Part shown: one piece after another, positions 59,520 to 64,000 of the stretch
Numbering within the stretch: position 1 is the stretch's first letter
Layout: every line of letters begins with the position of its first letter
From: an uncultured bacterium
GTDB lineage: Bacteria; Schekmanbacteria; GWA2-38-11; J061
NCBI GenBank assembly: GCA_964549305.1
Contig: CAZJVM010000007.1
Location: forward strand, 3,029 to 67,028
Reading direction: 5' to 3'
Length of the DNA stretch: 64,000 nucleotides
Made by a program: the position numbers and the translations under genes
Notes under the pieces: model-generated
Databases searched by the model: none
What the model was told of the DNA's origin: nothing
Seen by the model: the letters and a program-made list of their open reading frames with translations, nothing else

Positions 59520-61421
59520 TTACCCCGATGCAGGATTTTCTTTCAGCCTTTGGCTGGAAGGCAAATAAGCAGGATTAAAGACAAGGGAGATTTTAAAGGC
59601 AATTCTGGCGCCTTTGAAATCTCCCTTGTTTATTAAAGAATTGCCTAAATTATTATACGCCACGGAAGCAAGATTCCGGTAATTTCTCTTCTCTTTTTCC
59701 GTAAGAGGCAATGAAAAGATTTCTTCAAAGGTATTTACGGCATCTGAATAGTACTTTACCGATTCTTCTATTCTACCTGTCGCGTAACTTCTGTTACCGC
59801 ACTCATTAAGAGAAAATATATAAAGTTTTAAAAGCTCTGATACATTTGGCGTCAATGCCTTAGCTTTTGAAGAGTATTTTAGCGCTGAATTGAAATCGGA
59901 CAATCCATAAGAAGTCAATGCCGCCGTATAAAGATATTTTCCTTTCCCTGAATTCAGCTTAAGGCATTTTTTGATATTCAAATTGCTTTCCTTCCAGTCG
60001 CTTTCCTGCAACGCCTTAGATGCTTTTACATAATAAACTTCCGCAAGCGGTTTTCTAATGAAAAAGAGAAGCGAGGAAAGGGAAAAAGCGACGAGAATTA
60101 ATATAGTGGGCCAATTAACTTTTTCGGCCCTGTCGTCGTGCAATGAAACCATTCTTTCCCCGTTCATTATTACGGCAAAAGAGAAAAATAAAAAAATTGC
60201 TGGAACAGTCTGATAAAAATTGAAACTTGTCAGCGATTGGACAACAGTTGCCGCTACTGAGACCGATAAAGGAATTACAACCATTATCTTATCCTCGCTG
60301 AATTTATTTACTGAAAAAGATTTTAAAATCACTCTTACAACTATCAGGAGAAATATTATCGACGCTACAATTCCGCTTTCTGCGGCAATTTGAAAAAAAT
60401 CATTGTGTGCCCATTTAACGATATTCTTTTCCGCACTTCCTCCACTGGCGGGCATATAGCGCGGAATATGTATTTTAAAATTTCCCGCGCCGACTCCAAG
60501 TAATGGATTTTCCCAACAAATTTTTCCTGTTCCTTTCCATATCACTCTTCTCTGTTTTACTGTTCTTATTTTGGAAATTTCGGCATATTCATCATTTGTC
60601 TCTGTTACTGCTTTCTCCGCTTTATACTTTGGAATTAAAGAGGTTATAACGCCGGGATTTTTTAAGATAATGGGGATGCTTATGAGAAAAAGTGCCGCAG
60701 TTAAAAACGAAAAAAATTTAACCGAAGTCGAATTTTTTAAAAGTTTGCCAGATTTCAACAGAAGTACGAACATGAGCAGAAAGGAAAATCCGAAACCAAG
60801 CCAGGCGCCTCTGCAGTATGTGAGCATTATCGCGGAAAAGATGAGAGGAGTTTCAAAAAGATATATCATCGAATATTTTCGACCTGTTTCCAGATTTCGG
60901 CAAAAGGCAAGAGGAAATACTGCGATTAGATATTGGGCAAGAAGATTTGAATGCCCGAAAGTAGATGTTACTGTCTCCTGTAGTGTAAACCCACTTGAAA
61001 CAACTGCCTGTATAACGGCAATAATGGAAATCACAAAAGCAGAGTGTATGGCAAAGGAAATAATTTTTCTAACGCCTTCAAATGATAATGTAAATGAAGA
61101 CACATAGTAAAAAGCAATTAGAGACATAAAGTATGTAATTGTCTCCGCTGACTCCGGTTTGTTTATTGCCTCGACCGAAGACAAGACCAGTAAAAGTATA
61201 AAGAAGAAAAAAAGAATATCGAGCGGGGTCCTGTGTAATTTTGCCCGCGCGCGCAGAAATATTAAAAGAGAAAGTGCAATTAGAATCGACAGTATAAAAT
61301 AAAAAAATGATGTTTTCGCTATGAAATGAAATTCCAGAGAAGCAGGCACATAAATTAGAGGGATAATGGAAAAAAGCGAAATAAAAAGAATTTCATTTAT
61401 GCGGGGAAAGTTTACTTTCAT
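59520..61421 (-). CDS. O-antigen ligase (Wzy_C)-like polytopic membrane protein with C-terminal TPR repeats
   Basis: More than 10 TM segments with the Wzy_C-like core (GHSNLLAQYL ... YCRGAWLG). The C-terminal 180 aa are TPR-like. Confidence 0.65.
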   Translation of the reverse strand: MKVNFPRINEILFISLFSIIPLIYVPASLEFHFIAKTSFFYFILSILIALSLLIFLRARAKLHRTPLDILFFFFILLLVLSSVEAINKPESAETITYFMSLIAFYYVSSFTLSFEGVRKIISFAIHSAFVISIIAVIQAVVSSGFTLQETVTSTFGHSNLLAQYLIAVFPLAFCRNLETGRKYSMIYLFETPLIFSAIMLTYCRGAWLGFGFSFLLMFVLLLKSGKLLKNSTSVKFFSFLTAALFLISIPIILKNPGVITSLIPKYKAEKAVTETNDEYAEISKIRTVKQRRVIWKGTGKICWENPLLGVGAGNFKIHIPRYMPASGGSAEKNIVKWAHNDFFQIAAESGIVASIIFLLIVVRVILKSFSVNKFSEDKIMVVIPLSVSVAATVVQSLTSFNFYQTVPAIFLFFSFAVIMNGERMVSLHDDRAEKVNWPTILILVAFSLSSLLFFIRKPLAEVYYVKASKALQESDWKESNLNIKKCLKLNSGKGKYLYTAALTSYGLSDFNSALKYSSKAKALTPNVSELLKLYIFSLNECGNRSYATGRIEESVKYYSDAVNTFEEIFSLPLTEKEKRNYRNLASVAYNNLGNSLINKGDFKGARIAFKISLVFNPAYLPSSQRLKENPASG

Positions 61422-61544
61422 AAATTTTTGTTTCTAAATTCATACCTTGCTGAAATATTTTTAATTTAAAAATTGTAGCATAAAGACGCGCCGCATAAAA
61501 ACAAACAGATATCAGGGGAAGCAAATATAAATGCCGGTTTTAGG

Positions 61545-62576
61545 TCAATTTCCGCTATTCCTGAAATCGTGCACCACATCAACGAGATACTTTGCCTTTT
61601 CAAAAGGTGTATCTCTTAAAATCCATCCGCCAAGGCCGAAGATATGCGCAGGCGCATTGCAAGCGGATTTCAAGATGTTTTCCGCTCTTTCTTTAATTTT
61701 TTCATCGGTGCCGTACAACGCGTAAGGTTCGAGATTTCCCTGTATAACCTTGCTTCTTCCGAGAATTTCTACAGCATCACCGATATTTATGGTTTCGTCT
61801 ATTCCAACGATATCAACCTCCGTATCCCTGATATATTTAAGAAAGTTCATTCCGCGGGAATGGTAAATTAAAGGAACATTCATTTCCTTTACGCGACGCG
61901 CTATCTCTTTTATATAAGGGAAACAAAATTCTTCATAATCTCCGGGCGACAAGAATCCCGCAACAATATCAAAAAGCATCGCGACTTCCGCGCCTGCATC
62001 CACCTGTGCTTTGAGAAATTTTACTGCCATTTCGGAAATCTTCGAGAAAAGCGTATGAACGATTTTTGGCTCCTTATACATCATGGATTTGATATTTCTG
62101 AAAGGCGAAGGTTTCCCTCCTTCTATTATAAAGGAGCCCATCCCGAATGGAGCCCCCACCCAACCGATAATGGGCGCTTTGCCGGAAAGCTCTTTTTTTG
62201 ACAGACGTATTGTTTCAAGCCATGTTTTCATTCCCTCCTCGGGTTCGGGAATTATAAGTTTTTCCGCGTCCTGCAAGCTTCTTACGGGATTGGAAATGGA
62301 AGGCCCCTTCAAGCTGTATTCCACATTAATTCCCATTGCCTCGGCAGGTGCAAGAAGGTCCGAGAAGAGAATCGCTCCGTCAACACCCAATGTTTCCACG
62401 GGCTCGACAGTGGATATTGCTGCAAGTTCGGCGTCTTTGACAATCCCCGCAAAACCGTATTTTTCCGTAAGCCTCCTGTGTTCCGGCGTAACCAGCATCT
62501 GCACTTCTATCCAAACAGGAGTCACATCAGTCCTTTCCCCTCTTGCCGCCTTAAGCATTATTTTTTTCATTACCAT
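61545..62576 (-). CDS. Uroporphyrinogen decarboxylase (URO-D) family protein, HemE/MtaA-like
   Basis: N-terminal RGERTDVTPVW resembles HemE RQPVDVTPVW, but the following HemE M-R-Q-A-G-R motif is replaced (IEVQMLV). ILFSDLL is conserved. Confidence 0.6.
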   Translation of the reverse strand: MVMKKIMLKAARGERTDVTPVWIEVQMLVTPEHRRLTEKYGFAGIVKDAELAAISTVEPVETLGVDGAILFSDLLAPAEAMGINVEYSLKGPSISNPVRSLQDAEKLIIPEPEEGMKTWLETIRLSKKELSGKAPIIGWVGAPFGMGSFIIEGGKPSPFRNIKSMMYKEPKIVHTLFSKISEMAVKFLKAQVDAGAEVAMLFDIVAGFLSPGDYEEFCFPYIKEIARRVKEMNVPLIYHSRGMNFLKYIRDTEVDIVGIDETINIGDAVEILGRSKVIQGNLEPYALYGTDEKIKERAENILKSACNAPAHIFGLGGWILRDTPFEKAKYLVDVVHDFRNSGN

Positions 62577-62749
62577 TTCTCCTCTATCAAAAACGCTTTA
62601 TTTAAATATAAAAATCATATTCCCTTTTTTTGCTTTCTTCAACCGGCTATTGGTTGAATCTAATGATATTTACATCTGAGGCACAGGTTATTTACATTTT
62701 TTTTTAATTTGTGTCCCTGCAGGCAAAAACTAAAAAAACGGAGTGAAAA

Positions 62750-64000
62750 ATGGAAACTCTTCGGGAAACAAAGTTTTTGAATATTTCCTTTCGCGAAGGA
62801 ATATCGAAAGCCAATGTAATAACTCTTTTCACAATGTGTTTTTTCGCAATGCTTATGAATATAGCACCAACTATGCTCATTCCCGTCTATCTTCAGGAAA
62901 CAATTAATATAAGCCGTCAGCATATGGGAAAAATCAACGCGTCCCTTTCCGTAATCGTTGAAATAATGATTATCTGTTTCGTTGGCGCCGTTGGCGTTTT
63001 ATCTGATAAGAAAGGCAGAAGAAACCTTCTTGTAGGTGGATTTTTCTGCGGAGGAGTCCTGTCTCTTTTTTTCGGCTCATCACATATAATTTCGGACATC
63101 ATAGGGATTGATACTCCTTTTGTTTTAATATACCTGTTCCGCTCTCTTCTCGGATTGTCCCTGCTTTTTGTCTGGCCTCAAGTGCAATCCCTTATCACCG
63201 ACTATACCTATGTTGCAGGCAGAGGTAAAGCAATGGCGGTGATGGGATTTATGTACACCTCGGCATCGCTTTTCAGCTTTCTCTTTCTGGCAAGACTTCC
63301 AAAGATTATCGGGCTTTACTCGGTATTTGTCATCATAATGCTTCTCGGAATATTCGCCTCCATTATGTCACGGATAGGCCTTGTTGACCTTGTGGACAAG
63401 AAACAAAAGGAAAAAATTCAATGGAAAGAGGTTTTCAGTCTCCTGAAAAAAAGCCCCTGCCTGAAAATAACCTTTTCCGCCGCCTTTGCCTCCCGTGCCG
63501 ATGTTGTAATCCTTGCAATGTTTATAATGATATGGGTAAGCAAAGAAGCAAGACATTTCGGAAAAACCCCTTTTGAAGCAATGGCAGAAGGCGGCATCAC
63601 CATTGCACTGGCAAGCATTGTCGGGCTTATATGTTATCCTCTATGGGGATATCTCGTAGAAAGAATAGGCCGTCTCAAAGTTCTGGTTATAGGGATGTTT
63701 TTTGCGGGACTGGGATACACCCTTATCGGATTTATCTCAAACCCTTTTTCTATATGGATGAAAGTGTGCATATTTATTTTCGCTCTCGGTGTAAACGGAA
63801 GCGGTGTCGGTGCGTCAACTCTTACTTCCGACTTGGCTCCAAGAAATCTTATAGGTTCTCTTTTGGGCGGTTACCACACGGCGGCGGCAATTGGGATAAT
63901 GTTTTTCCTGCAAACGGGTGGTTTCCTTTTTGACCATTTCGGGCATTCTTCTCCTTTTGTCCTCACGGGAGTCGCAGACCTTGCGGTAGTCCTTTTTGCG
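62750..64000 (+). CDS. MFS transporter, 3'-truncated by the window end
   Basis: Hand-translated open frame from the ATG at 62750, with a GGAG 8 nt upstream, to the window end (417 codons, about 12 TM segments, DKKGRRN loop). It is absent from the ORF track because it has no stop in the window. Confidence 0.7.
   Translation, partial: METLRETKFLNISFREGISKANVITLFTMCFFAMLMNIAPTMLIPVYLQETINISRQHMGKINASLSVIVEIMIICFVGAVGVLSDKKGRRNLLVGGFFCGGVLSLFFGSSHIISDIIGIDTPFVLIYLFRSLLGLSLLFVWPQVQSLITDYTYVAGRGKAMAVMGFMYTSASLFSFLFLARLPKIIGLYSVFVIIMLLGIFASIMSRIGLVDLVDKKQKEKIQWKEVFSLLKKSPCLKITFSAAFASRADVVILAMFIMIWVSKEARHFGKTPFEAMAEGGITIALASIVGLICYPLWGYLVERIGRLKVLVIGMFFAGLGYTLIGFISNPFSIWMKVCIFIFALGVNGSGVGASTLTSDLAPRNLIGSLLGGYHTAAAIGIMFFLQTGGFLFDHFGHSSPFVLTGVADLAVVLFA

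Noticed and set aside
62083-62679. 198 aa plus-strand ORF
   Set aside because: It is antisense to the URO-D family gene, so it is a shadow ORF.
1-64000. CRISPR arrays or other periodic direct repeats
   Set aside because: No regularly spaced short repeats were found on scanning. The only large repeat is the tandem receptor gene duplication.

Overview
The window is a 64 kb stretch of a Gram-negative, probably anaerobic bacterial chromosome at about 40% GC. Every call below is made by eye from the sequence with no database search. The anaerobe reading rests on the gene content: many 2x[4Fe-4S] ferredoxins, two iron-sulfur flavoproteins, a perR-like gene next to a rubrerythrin-like gene, thyX, and a radical SAM gene. 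The Gram-negative reading rests on the TonB-dependent receptors, an MltD-like transglycosylase, an O-antigen-ligase-like protein and lipoproteins. No CRISPR array, transposase or integrase was seen.

Most of the window is housekeeping or envelope genes: hflX, moaC, sppA, a TrmN6-like methyltransferase, an M16 peptidase, a ClC channel, MFS transporters, and a GH2 hydrolase followed by two tandem TonB-dependent receptors. tRNA-Lys(TTT) and tRNA-Glu(TTC) lie at 26335-26529.

The most unusual region is a minus-strand gene string at 26964-32416, transcribed divergently from a PadR-family regulator. It encodes a ferredoxin-dependent bilin reductase (FDBR) homolog, a pyridoxamine-phosphate-oxidase-like split-barrel protein, two ferredoxin plus geranylgeranyl-reductase-family (FixX/FixC-like) flavoprotein pairs, and a small four-cysteine protein. 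A second FDBR homolog that keeps the PcyA catalytic His/Asp pair sits at 36945-37670, next to thyX, ubiX and an iron-sulfur flavoprotein. Together these look like an undescribed anaerobic bilin or tetrapyrrole reduction system in a non-phototroph.

Other oddities are listed under findings. They include a CmuA-like methyltransferase-corrinoid fusion, a flavoprotein-GNAT fusion, a recurring small four-cysteine protein family that always sits beside ferredoxins together with a DUF169 pair, a WYL-regulator locus, an orphan radical SAM/SPASM gene, and a partial MFS gene at the window end that the ORF track misses.
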